Assembly: GCA_965662355.1 (NCBI GenBank)
Contig: CBFIHP010000007.1
Span: forward strand, 218,859 to 282,858
DNA from: Planctomycetota bacterium
GTDB lineage: Bacteria; Planctomycetota; UBA1135; GCA-002686595
DNA length: 64,000 nt
Direction of reading: 5' to 3'
The position numbers and the translations under genes were made by a program. Position 1 is the first letter of the stretch. Each line of letters begins with the position of its first letter. This document shows, piece by piece, positions 10,113 to 19,428 of this stretch. The notes under the pieces are model-generated. The model ran no database searches, was not told where the DNA came from, and saw only the letters and a list, made by a program, of their open reading frames with translations.

Positions 10113-10535
10113 AAAAAAAGGCGAGCACCGAGCTCCCTCGGCGCCGCACCAGCAACAGAGCCCCACCGCCACGAAGAGCCCGGCGACCGAATAGACCGTC
10201 CCGCCTCCGAACACAGGCACCGCCGCCACCGCGGGCAACGTGTTGTTCATCGATCCCCGCCCGAGCGTGCTCGTGCTCCAATCCGCCGAGTGCTGATTGA
10301 GAATCGAGGCCGCCAGGTTTCGATCCGCGAGGCTCGGCGGCCGGTCCAGCGAAAGCCGCGATCGCGGCTATCGCCGTGTGCATGGAACGCGGCGGCCTGG
10401 GGTCGTAACTCGCTTGTGCACGTGCTCTGGTTTTTGACGAAGAGGCATGTGCCAGCGCCGATACGATGTTCCGAATGTCTTCGCGGGGAACGAAACAGGG
10501 TGGAGTGAAACAAGGCTCGATCCGCCTGTCCGGTC

Positions 10536-12326
10536 GTGTGTCCGGTGGGTAGTCCCAAGCTGACCGAGCCCGTCGAGGGGCTCTTCGTTCTCGAGAGCGA
10601 ATACGAGGATCGTGCGATTCCCAGGCGAGCCGGGCTGAAATGGCACGCCGGTGAGACCTGTCGGCGTAGCGGCTGCGGAGCCTGCGAGAACGAGCTCGGT
10701 CCCGTCTGGTGGACCCGTGACCCGCTCGCGGCCCTGGAACTGCTCGACTATGCGCAGGGCCCCTTGCGTGACACGATTCTCGAGCGCGCCGGCCCGGCGG
10801 GCGAGGAACGCGCCAAGGAGGAGCGCCGCGCCGCACGCAAGATCGCTGCCAGGATGAAGCTGCGAGCCGCAACGCTGAAGGCGAGTCGCGCCAAGGACGC
10901 GAAGATCGAAGTGCCCAGCCCCGATGGACTCGCGTACCTGCCCTACCAGCGGGCGGCGATTGCCTTCGGCCTCGAACGCGACAACGTTCTGTTCGCCGAC
11001 GAAATGGGCCTCGGCAAGACGATCGAGGCCTTGGGCGTGATCAATGCCGACCCCAAGGCAAAACGCATCCTCATCGTCTGCCCCGCCAGCCTGAAGCTGA
11101 ACTGGGCCCGTGAGTGCGAGCGCTGGCTGGTAGATCGCGGCACGGTCGCCGTCGCTGGCAAGAGCTTCCCGAAGGATGCGAACGTGGTCATCCTTAACTA
11201 CGACATCCTCGGCAAGTGGTCCAAGGAACTGCGCAAGCGCTGGGACGTGCTGGTCGCGGATGAGTGCCACTACGTCAAGAACAAGGACGCCCAGCGCTCG
11301 AAGAAACTGTTCGCCTTGAAGGCTCGGCGCAAGCTGTTCCTGACCGGTACGCCGATCCTTAATCGTCCGGTCGAGTTGTGGACCATCGTCAGCTCGCTGG
11401 ATCCGATGGAGTTCGACCACTTCTGGAACTTTGCCAAGCGCTATTGCAAACCGACCCGCAACCGTTTCGGTTGGGAATTCAACGGCGCGACCCAACTCGA
11501 CGAACTGCACGAACGTTTACGCAGCACGATCATGGTGCGCCGTACGAAAGCCGAAGTTCTCCCCGACCTGCCGCCCAAACGACGCCAGGTGATCGAATTC
11601 GCTTCGGATCACCTCGCGAACCTGATCGCCATCGAGACCGAAGCCTGGGACGAGCACCGGCGGCGTCTGAATGACCTGCGCGCCGTCTCGCACGCCAAGG
11701 GCAACGAGTCGGACCTGGCGGCCCTGCGCGCTGGCGTGAACGCGGCTTTCGGCGAGCTGGCAAAGCTACGCCAGGACACGGCCCTGGCCAAAGTGCCGCT
11801 GGTCGTCGAGCACATCAAGAACGTCCTCGAGGATACCGGCAAGATAGTCGTGTTCGCCCATCACCGAGCGGTGATCCGCGAGCTGGCCGAGCCCTTCGAA
11901 GACATCGTCGTGACCTTGAAGGGTGACGACAACGTGAACAGCCGCCAAGCCGCGGTTGATCGTTTTCAAAACGATCCGACCTGTCGCTTGTTCATCGGAT
12001 CGATCACGGCCGCCGGTTTCGGGTTGACGCTCACAGCGTCCGCCCACGTCATCTTCGCCGAGCTGGACTGGGTTCCCGCACTCCTGACCCAAGCGGAGGA
12101 TCGCACGCACAGGATCGGTCAACGTGACAGCGTGCTCGTGCAACACCTGGTACTTCAGGAATCGCTTGACGCCCGCATGGTAGGCACGCTCCTGAAGAAA
12201 CAGCGCGTGATCGACAAGGTCATCGACGGCGACCCCAAGAACGATCTCTTCACGGGCGAATTCGCGGAATCGCTGATCCAGGCCGCGGAGGAAAGCGGAA
12301 CCGGCAAGCGACATCCCGCTCGCTGA
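10536..12326 (+). CDS. SNF2/RAD54-family DNA-dependent ATPase/helicase with a small Cys-rich N-terminal domain.
   Basis: Helicase motif I is ADEMGLGKTIEALGVI, motif II is DECHYVKN, and the C-terminal HELICc has QAEDRTHRIGQ. The N-terminus carries GETCRRSGCGACENE, a possible zinc ribbon. The exact start is uncertain. Confidence 0.85.
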   Translation: MCPVGSPKLTEPVEGLFVLESEYEDRAIPRRAGLKWHAGETCRRSGCGACENELGPVWWTRDPLAALELLDYAQGPLRDTILERAGPAGEERAKEERRAARKIAARMKLRAATLKASRAKDAKIEVPSPDGLAYLPYQRAAIAFGLERDNVLFADEMGLGKTIEALGVINADPKAKRILIVCPASLKLNWARECERWLVDRGTVAVAGKSFPKDANVVILNYDILGKWSKELRKRWDVLVADECHYVKNKDAQRSKKLFALKARRKLFLTGTPILNRPVELWTIVSSLDPMEFDHFWNFAKRYCKPTRNRFGWEFNGATQLDELHERLRSTIMVRRTKAEVLPDLPPKRRQVIEFASDHLANLIAIETEAWDEHRRRLNDLRAVSHAKGNESDLAALRAGVNAAFGELAKLRQDTALAKVPLVVEHIKNVLEDTGKIVVFAHHRAVIRELAEPFEDIVVTLKGDDNVNSRQAAVDRFQNDPTCRLFIGSITAAGFGLTLTASAHVIFAELDWVPALLTQAEDRTHRIGQRDSVLVQHLVLQESLDARMVGTLLKKQRVIDKVIDGDPKNDLFTGEFAESLIQAAEESGTGKRHPAR

Positions 12327-12327
12327 C

Positions 12328-12831
12328 TCACTCCGACATCGAGATCAGCTTGCGCACCGTATTCAGGTTGCGTCCCGTTCCCGCATCCACGAACGGTGTC
12401 TTGAGCTTCGAGCGCCCCATGCCGTCGGGAAAGTGGATATAGACCTCGCGGCCCTTGATCGTGACCTCCTCACGCCCCGGGATGACCAGATCCTTCGCGG
12501 CACTCTTCTTGGCGGGTTCGTCGAGAAACAACACCAGGACCTGATTCGGAGCGGCGTCGCGATAGGGATTGTTCCTCTCGACCCGCGCCAGCTCGGCACC
12601 GTCCCTCACGATCACACGGGTCGCGTGGCCACTGTCCGCCAAGCCTTTCTCGAGCCGGGACTTCACGCTGGCCGCCCCCGCGCGGCTATTGAAGACCACG
12701 TTGCCGCTTTGAATGTAGGTCTTCACATCGCTGAAGCCGATCTCTTCGCATAGAGCAACGAGGTCGCGCATGGCCAGTTTGCCCGTGCCCCCGACGTTCA
12801 CGGCTCGGAGGAGTCCAATGTAGGTGCCCAT
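12328..12831 (-). CDS. DUF1697-family protein.
   Basis: The N-terminus MGTYIGLLRAVNVGGTGKLAMRDL is the hallmark of DUF1697. The start is chosen at the internal ATG (complement of 12829-12831). The track ORF extends to 12912. Confidence 0.7.
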   Translation of the reverse strand: MGTYIGLLRAVNVGGTGKLAMRDLVALCEEIGFSDVKTYIQSGNVVFNSRAGAASVKSRLEKGLADSGHATRVIVRDGAELARVERNNPYRDAAPNQVLVLFLDEPAKKSAAKDLVIPGREEVTIKGREVYIHFPDGMGRSKLKTPFVDAGTGRNLNTVRKLISMSE

Positions 12832-13035
12832 GGTCGACACAATGTACTCCGCACTCCAAGTTGGAGCAGAAACATCTTCCGATACGGCAGCTCCATGCCT
12901 CGGAGTAAACACACATGTGCCTCATACACCTCGTCATCGGCAACGAACTCCAGCCCAGGGGACCCCGGGCCCGAAGAGGGCACCGTGACCCACCCCGAAG
13001 AGCAGCTTGCAGATCATCCGGGCTACAAGACCTGG

Positions 13036-13884
13036 ATGCCGCCGGAACATTTCTACTCTCCCTTTCCGAACCTCGATTCCGTTCGCAAACGGGCGAAGAG
13101 CATCTTCGAGCCCGAGTCCAAGGAGATCGCGGGGGTAGACCTACACCTGGACGATCAGTTGCGCCTCGGGGAGCACCTGCTGGGGCACTACCGCGGGGAC
13201 TACTTCCCCGAACTGGCCACCGAAGGCCGTCGCTACTACTGGCGGAATGACTACTTCCCCTTCGCCGACGCCTTCTACACCGACCGCTTCCTGCGGGACG
13301 TTGGGCCGCAACGCATCATCGAGGTCGGCTCGGGCTATTCCTCGGCCGTGATGCTGGACGTCTGCACCGAATTACGCGCCCACGGCATTCGCTGCCCCAA
13401 GCTGGACTTCATCGAGCCCTTCCCCGAACGGCTTCGCGGGCTCTTGCGCGAGGGCGACGATGGCGATTGTACGATCTGGGAACAGGAGGTTCAGGACGTC
13501 CCCTTGGAGCTCTTCGACGCTCTGGAGGCAAACGATCTCCTGTTCATCGATTCGAGCCACGTCATCAAGACTGGCTCCGATCTGTGGTTCCTGTTCTTCC
13601 ACGCCCTGCCCCGCTTGAAACCCGGCGTTTGGGTCTTCCTGCACGACATCACCTGGCCGATGGAGTACCCACAGTCCTGGGTAGAGGAAGGGCGTGCCTG
13701 GAACGAGATCTACTTGCTGCGAGCCTTCCTGCAATACAACGAGGCCTTCGCCATGCGCTGGTGCCCTGGGCTCGCATTCGGTGTGCAACAGGAGCGCGCG
13801 CAGGAACTCGCCCCACTGCTGGTCGACCCGGCCGGCACGGGCATGTGGTTGCAGCGCCTGCACTCCAGTCGATCAGCGCGGTAG
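13036..13884 (+). CDS. Class I SAM-dependent methyltransferase (TylF/CmcI-like, Methyltransf_24-type).
   Basis: IIEVGSGYSSAVMLD is a glycine-rich SAM loop, and DLLFIDSSHVIKTGSDLWFLFFHALPRLKPGVWVFLHDI resembles TylF/CmcI O-methyltransferases. The conserved N-terminus MPPEHFYSPFPNL starts at the ATG at 13036. The track ORF starts at 12895 with a low-complexity extension. Confidence 0.7.
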   Translation: MPPEHFYSPFPNLDSVRKRAKSIFEPESKEIAGVDLHLDDQLRLGEHLLGHYRGDYFPELATEGRRYYWRNDYFPFADAFYTDRFLRDVGPQRIIEVGSGYSSAVMLDVCTELRAHGIRCPKLDFIEPFPERLRGLLREGDDGDCTIWEQEVQDVPLELFDALEANDLLFIDSSHVIKTGSDLWFLFFHALPRLKPGVWVFLHDITWPMEYPQSWVEEGRAWNEIYLLRAFLQYNEAFAMRWCPGLAFGVQQERAQELAPLLVDPAGTGMWLQRLHSSRSAR

Positions 13885-14246
13885 ATCCGCCAGGGGCGCG
13901 GCCTCGGTGAGCGGCGCGCTCTGGAAGGCAAATTCCTGCTCGAAGCGCTCGAGATTGGCCGCCTCCGGGGCACGGACCAGAAACATCAAGATGCAAGAAC
14001 GGGCCACGGTCTCGCTACGGCTGCGCGGATAGTCGCGTAACTCGATCAGCATGGCCAACGAAGGCTTCGACCCGTCCTTCTCCGTGAAACGCATGACCGC
14101 TGCGCGGTGCCCCCTTGCGGTGAGACATCCGCTCAACGTGCGAGGAGGCCCTTCCCTCTGAGCAGATCCGCAGGCTCCAAAAGCCCACACTGGGACGCCA
14201 GCCCACCTTTTAAAGGGGCGATAAAGGTCGGTCCGGGAACAGTCGA

Positions 14247-15413
14247 TTGAAAGCGGGTCGAAACCCCCCCATGACGAACCCCGATCCCAACGCTGCCAAC
14301 GCCTCGGGCGATCCTTCCGGGACAGAGCCCCCGGCACCGCTGCCGCAAACCCAACCCCAGCCGACGCGGAGCGAGAACGAACTGGATCTCTCCGAAGAGG
14401 AGGCTCAGGCCCTGGGATTGGGCCAACCCGAGGGGCCGCGTGTACAGCAGAAGCCCAAGCTCCGACTCCAGGGCGAAGCTGCGGGCGACAATCCGCGACT
14501 CAGCGACTTGATGCGCCCGGAGGAAGAATCGCTACAAACCATCGACAGCGCTCCGCGCAAGTCCGGGACGATCCCCTTGTTGGAGAACCGCGCACCGCGA
14601 GCGGTCCTGGGTGATGCCGCAGCACTTTTTGCAGCGACCCGTCAGGGCCGAGCAGCGGAGGTGCGACACATTCTCGAGAACGGCGCCGATCCGATGTTGT
14701 CCGACGATCCGGCGAACGAACACGCCGAGGCGATTCGCTTCTTGTCGCAAAACGAGGATGTCGCCCTGCATCACGTGGACGGGATGAAGCTGGGTCGCAC
14801 GACGTGTCACATAGCGGCGGCCCGCGGGCATACCGACGTACTCGCGGTTCTTCTGGAGTACTCGGTGGACGTGAACGCGATCGACCATGCAGGCAAAACC
14901 CCTTTGATGCTCGCGGCCTTCGCCGGACATCGTGCCATCGGTCGCATGTTGATCGAGGCCGGAGCCCGCGTCGACCTACCCGACATTCGGGGTGGAACCG
15001 CATTGCTCGGAGCGGCGCGCGGAGGCCATGAGGAACTCGTGCAGGACCTGCTCCAGGGGAGAGCGCCCGTCGATGCCGCCGACATCACTGGCCTGACGCC
15101 GCTGCTGGCCGCTTCCGCTGGCGTGCATGGCAAGGTCGTCCTGGCGCTGCTGGTCGCCGGCCCGAACGTGAATCACTTCGATGCGACCGGGCTCAATGCA
15201 CTGGGCACGGTTGTCAATGCCGTCGAGCCCCAACCGCCAGGATCTCCCTCTGCCTTCGTCGCGAGACCGGAAGAGCAGCTCTTACCGCTGGTCAAGTTGC
15301 TGTTACGGGCCGGAGCAAAGAACGTCCCCGATGGTCTGGGTGTTCTGCCAAGCCATCACGCACATAACCGCGGCTACGTGACGCTCGCGAGGTTGCTGGA
15401 GCAACACGGCTGA
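14247..15413 (+). CDS. Ankyrin-repeat protein.
   Basis: There are at least six ankyrin repeats (GHTDVLAVLLEYSVDVNAIDHAGKTPLMLAAFAGHRAIGRMLIEAGARVDLPDIRGGTALLGAARGGHEELVQDLL...). The N-terminus is P/Q-rich and low complexity. An alternative start is the ATG at 14271. Confidence 0.8.
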   Translation: MKAGRNPPMTNPDPNAANASGDPSGTEPPAPLPQTQPQPTRSENELDLSEEEAQALGLGQPEGPRVQQKPKLRLQGEAAGDNPRLSDLMRPEEESLQTIDSAPRKSGTIPLLENRAPRAVLGDAAALFAATRQGRAAEVRHILENGADPMLSDDPANEHAEAIRFLSQNEDVALHHVDGMKLGRTTCHIAAARGHTDVLAVLLEYSVDVNAIDHAGKTPLMLAAFAGHRAIGRMLIEAGARVDLPDIRGGTALLGAARGGHEELVQDLLQGRAPVDAADITGLTPLLAASAGVHGKVVLALLVAGPNVNHFDATGLNALGTVVNAVEPQPPGSPSAFVARPEEQLLPLVKLLLRAGAKNVPDGLGVLPSHHAHNRGYVTLARLLEQHG

Positions 15414-15719
15414 GCGGGGGTGACTGTACCCGGTGCGGCAAAGCCTACGGATCGAAGTGGGCGCCCGCGATCGCGGCTCCACCTCTGGCGACGCAGGAGG
15501 GAATCCGCCTGACGCATGGTCGGTACGGAGTCCTGGGCGCAAAGGCCTGGGGTCAAGGACAGGAACAGGAGCACTCTGGCGAGGGCGTGTGAGAGAAATG
15601 ACATCATGCGATCGGCCTTGCAAGGTTCCTCGAGGCGGCAAGGGTCAAGAGGGTCGTCAGGGCCTGAGGGACTCGAAGAACCCACATTTTCTTGCGGCTT
15701 CTACACCAGGATCTCTGGA

Positions 15720-16640
15720 CTAGCGCAGCAACCAATCGTGGATCGTCTTCGTCACCGTGTCCGACTCATCGTGCTGAACGAAATGTCCGGCCTTGGGCAA
15801 CATCACGAGAGTGGTATCCGCATCGACCCACTCCCACGTGTACGCATGCCCACGATGATTCAAGGCCTGGTCCTGCATACCGTGAATCACCAGTACGGAG
15901 CAGCGGATCTTCGGAAAGGAAGGGGCCGATGCCGGAGCGATCGAGGCTGCATTCTCACCGCCACCGCTGGAACGCGGGTAGTTGGCCTTGTAGTAGTGCA
16001 GCATCGCTTCGATGTCCGAGCGCTGGAAAGCCTCGACGTAGCGGGCGCGCGCCTTGCCGTTGACCCAGGTCGAGAGCCCCTCGGCCGTCAGCTTCAGATG
16101 GGCATCCTCTTTCTGGAAGTCGCGCGCGTACTGGCTGTTTTGTCTCTGATCCTCGTTCGTCGAGAGCTCGCGCCCGAACCCCGAGGGATGGGGCACACTG
16201 AGGATGACCAGGCGTTCCACGCGCTGGGGTAGGTTCATCGCCACCTGCCAGGCAATGGCCGCGCCCCAGTCGTGCCCGACGACAATGGCCTTCTCGCGCC
16301 CTTCCGCTCGAATCACCGCGGCGACGTCGGCGATCAACCTGGGCATGGCGTAGGCCGCGACGCCCTTGGGTTTGTCGCTCTTGTTATAGCCGCGCAGATC
16401 GGGCGCCACGACGCGGAAGTCCTCCGCCAACACCCCCATCTGATGGCGCCACGTGTACCAGTAGTCGGGAAAGCCATGCAGCATCACGACCAGTGGGCCC
16501 TCCCCCATGGCCGCGTAGTGCAAGCGCACGCCGTCGTTCTCGGCGTACGCGTGCTCGACCCAATCCAGGATGTCCTCCTGGGCCGCGACCGGGACGGTGA
16601 ACAGACCGAGGAGCAAGAGCGAAAGGGGGCGGCTTTTCAT
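15720..16640 (-). CDS. Secreted alpha/beta-fold hydrolase (epoxide hydrolase/haloalkane dehalogenase-like).
   Basis: The signal peptide MKSRPLSLLLLGLFTVPVAAQE begins at the internal ATG (complement of 16638-16640). HGFPDYWYTWRH, the nucleophile elbow VGHDWGAAIAW and a C-terminal HF motif are present. The track ORF extends 459 bp further upstream through Arg-rich junk. Confidence 0.8.
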   Translation of the reverse strand: MKSRPLSLLLLGLFTVPVAAQEDILDWVEHAYAENDGVRLHYAAMGEGPLVVMLHGFPDYWYTWRHQMGVLAEDFRVVAPDLRGYNKSDKPKGVAAYAMPRLIADVAAVIRAEGREKAIVVGHDWGAAIAWQVAMNLPQRVERLVILSVPHPSGFGRELSTNEDQRQNSQYARDFQKEDAHLKLTAEGLSTWVNGKARARYVEAFQRSDIEAMLHYYKANYPRSSGGGENAASIAPASAPSFPKIRCSVLVIHGMQDQALNHRGHAYTWEWVDADTTLVMLPKAGHFVQHDESDTVTKTIHDWLLR

Positions 16641-17186
16641 CAACCGATGGTAGTACCGGACGGTGTGCCTTGCGCATTCGCGCCGTGTGAAACTGGTTTT
16701 TCCGAATTCATGGGGGCAATTCGGCGGGCTCTGCGAATGGGGTTGTGAACCAAGGAAACATGGTTCGCAAAGTCTTCTGGATAGGGCGCGCCGCCGATGC
16801 CCGCGCGACTCCTCCTCCTCTCCTGCTTTTCTCAGCAAAGAGCGGGCGGAGGCGCGCCTTGTCCCCTTCTCCTTCCGCTTTTCCATCCGCTTTTCCATCC
16901 GGCTTCCCTCGAACGGAAAACCGTTTTGCAACAGCAAGAGCCGTCTCGTGCTCTCTCTTCGGGTCGTGCGATAGGGTGGGCCTGTTTCGGAGATGGCACG
17001 TTCTTTTCGTTCACGGCGGGAAGTGACCAGTCGCTCTCGCGTACATCGTAGGCCTGCTGGCCTTTGAAGAAGTCCAGGCTCCAGAAGATCGGCAACCATC
17101 GATCCTCCTCCACCCGCAGGCGTGCGCTTCGAAAACTAGCTCGTCCCTCGGCGCGCAGTTTCGTCCTCGACCGTCGAACCCCGGTC

Positions 17187-17477
17187 TCAGTTCTCGGGCA
17201 CCGTACCGCCGCTGGCCACGATCAGCTTCTGCACACCCATCACGTGATCCCACGCCAGGTGCTTGCGCTGGTACTTGTTGAAGAGCACCTCGTGCAAGTG
17301 CTCGAGATCCTCCAAGTGCGGTTTCTCGAGCGGAGACCAGTCCTCCTCATCCTCGAAGCGCACCGTGAACGTCCAGCGCTTGCCGAAGAGCTGCGCCCGG
17401 GTTTCGCGGCGACCGCGCTCGGGAACGAGCGTTCTCCAGGAGTGGCAGTTGCGGAGATGTTGCTTCTTGGCGCCCAT
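17187..17477 (-). CDS. Hypothetical small protein (96 aa).
   Basis: Codon usage is strongly coding-like, with very high third-position GC content (GC3). The sequence is charged and Trp-containing (WTFTVRFEDEEDWSPLEKPHLEDLEHLHEVLFNKYQRKHLAWDHV). It sits in an otherwise empty gap and I cannot assign a family. Confidence 0.5.
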   Translation of the reverse strand: MGAKKQHLRNCHSWRTLVPERGRRETRAQLFGKRWTFTVRFEDEEDWSPLEKPHLEDLEHLHEVLFNKYQRKHLAWDHVMGVQKLIVASGGTVPEN

Positions 17478-17741
17478 GGCAAGGGCGCAGACTATCAGTG
17501 TGAACGCTCCAGCGGTCGCCTCCTTGGAGGGATTTCGAGATACGACTGGTTTCTACTCTCTGTCGAAGGGGCGGAAGGCGAGGGTGAACTGCTTCAGGAT
17601 GTTGCCCTCCGGGAAGCTTTTTTCGTCGATCCCAAAGGACTCGGGCCGCTCGGCGGGAACGACGGCCGTGCCGAAGATCCAGTCGAAGATCGAAAGGGAA
17701 TGAGCGTTGTGCCCCTCTGTTGAATCAGCGAAGGTAGCTCG

Positions 17742-19190
17742 GTGTCGTCGACCTTCGAAGCGCTCTCCCTGTCGCCCGAATTGCTCGCTGTCCTGGGAGA
17801 GCTCGGCTACCGCGAGCCAACACCGATCCAGGCCGCCAGCATCCCGGCTCTGATCCAGGGACGGGACTTGATCGGTCAATCGAAGACCGGCAGTGGCAAG
17901 ACCGCCGCCTTCGCTCTGCCGATCCTGCAGCGAACGAGGCTCGACGTTCGCGCGCTGCAAGCCCTGGTCATCTGCCCGACCCGTGAGCTTTGCGCCCAGG
18001 TTGCGCGCGATCTACGCAAGCTCGGTCGCCGCCATGCGGGGCTCTCGGTGCTCGAGATCACGGGCGGACAACCCGCCCGCCCCCAACGCGAAGCCCTCGC
18101 GCGGGGTGTTCACGTGGCCATCGGCACGCCGGGGCGCCTGCTCGATCACCTCCAGCGCGGCACGTTACAGCCGCAAGGCGTGGAAACCGTCGTGCTGGAC
18201 GAAGCCGACCGCATGCTCGACATGGGCTTCGGAAAGGACGTGGGCGAGATTCTCCGCGAGCTCCCTCGCTCGCGCCAAACGATCCTCTTCTCGGCCACCT
18301 TTCCCGAGGCGATCGAGGACATGAGCCGTGCGTATCAGCGCGATGTGGTCCGGGTCAGCGTCGACGCTTCCGAGGTGCCACATGGGGAAATTCGACAGAT
18401 GCAAATTGTGGTGGAGCCGGAGGACAAGCTCCGCGCGCTCTACTGGCTCTTGCACGAACACCCGCACGAGTCCGCCCTGATCTTCTGCAACTTCAAGGCT
18501 ACGGTCGCACAGCTCGCACGCACGCTGGCCGAATCAGGCTTCAGCGTCGATCGGCTCGACGGTGATCTCGATCAGTTTCATCGCGACCAGGTCCTGGCCC
18601 GCTTTCGCAATCAGAGCCTGCGTTTGCTCGTCGCCACCGATGTCGCCGGGCGTGGTCTCGATGTCGAGGGTCTCGACCTCGTCGTCAACTTCGAGCTTCC
18701 GTCCAAGCCGGAGATCTACGTGCATCGCATCGGTCGCACAGGTCGTGCGAATCGGCGCGGCGTCGCCATTTCGCTCTCGCGAGGACCCGACGATGCCCGT
18801 ATCGAAGCCGCCGAGCACCTCAGCGGATCGCGGATCGAGACCCTTACGCCGGATCTCTCCGTCCCACCCTCGCGTGCGCTCCTGGCTGCGATCGCGCGGG
18901 ATTCCGTGATGACGACCATTCTCATCTCGGGGGGGCGCAAGGACCGCGTACGTCCCGGTGACATCCTTGGCGCCCTCACGGGAGACGCGGGCGGACTCGC
19001 GGCAAGGGACGTGGGCATGATCGAGGTGCAAAACCAGCTCTCGTATGTCGCCGTCGCCCAGGCCGTCGCGCGCAACGCGATGGCACGCCTCAACCAGGGA
19101 CGCATCAAGGGCAAGCGCTTTCGGGCGACACTCATCGATGGCACGCAGCACCGAGACACACGCCGAACGACACGGCGAGACCGACCGTGA
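17742..19190 (+). CDS. dbpA: ATP-dependent DEAD-box RNA helicase DbpA.
   Basis: The Q motif, motif [13 protein letters not shown] ([13 protein letters not shown]), SAT and the HRIGRTGRA motif are present. The C-terminal DbpA-type RNA-binding domain is [20 protein letters not shown]...[27 protein letters not shown]. The start is GTG with AAGGT upstream. Confidence 0.85.
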   Translation: MSSTFEALSLSPELLAVLGELGYREPTPIQAASIPALIQGRDLIGQSKTGSGKTAAFALPILQRTRLDVRALQALVICPTRELCAQVARDLRKLGRRHAGLSVLEITGGQPARPQREALARGVHVAIGTPGRLLDHLQRGTLQPQGVETVVLDEADRMLDMGFGKDVGEILRELPRSRQTILFSATFPEAIEDMSRAYQRDVVRVSVDASEVPHGEIRQMQIVVEPEDKLRALYWLLHEHPHESALIFCNFKATVAQLARTLAESGFSVDRLDGDLDQFHRDQVLARFRNQSLRLLVATDVAGRGLDVEGLDLVVNFELPSKPEIYVHRIGRTGRANRRGVAISLSRGPDDARIEAAEHLSGSRIETLTPDLSVPPSRALLAAIARDSVMTTILISGGRKDRVRPGDILGALTGDAGGLAARDVGMIEVQNQLSYVAVAQAVARNAMARLNQGRIKGKRFRATLIDGTQHRDTRRTTRRDRP

Positions 19191-19417
19191 GCCCGCAGCA
19201 ACCCAACAACCCGCTCCACGGTGTCACCCTGAAGGCCATCCTCGAGGACCTGGTCGAACGGCGGGGATGGAGCGATCTCGCAACACGGATCCGTATCCGC
19301 TGCTTCAGCACGGACCCCAGCATCAAGTCCAGTCTCGCCTTCCTGCGCAAGACCGAATGGGCCCGCAAGAAAGTGGAGGAGCTCTACCTGTCCGACCGGC
19401 GAGACCGGGGGCGCTGA
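19187..19417 (+). CDS. DUF2132 (VF530-like) small conserved protein.
   Basis: [60 protein letters not shown] matches the DUF2132 pattern. The GTG start overlaps the dbpA stop (GTGA), so the two are translationally coupled. Confidence 0.65.
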   Translation: MSPQQPNNPLHGVTLKAILEDLVERRGWSDLATRIRIRCFSTDPSIKSSLAFLRKTEWARKKVEELYLSDRRDRGR

Positions 19418-19428
19418 ATCAGCTTCGA

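Noticed and set aside
9936-10508. ORFs in the TetR/SNF2 intergenic region: 9936..10508 (+) and 10026..10250 (-), the latter with a hydrophobic peptide.
   Set aside because: They overlap the TetR gene and its operators. They are Arg-rich or low-complexity and have no SD or conservation signal.
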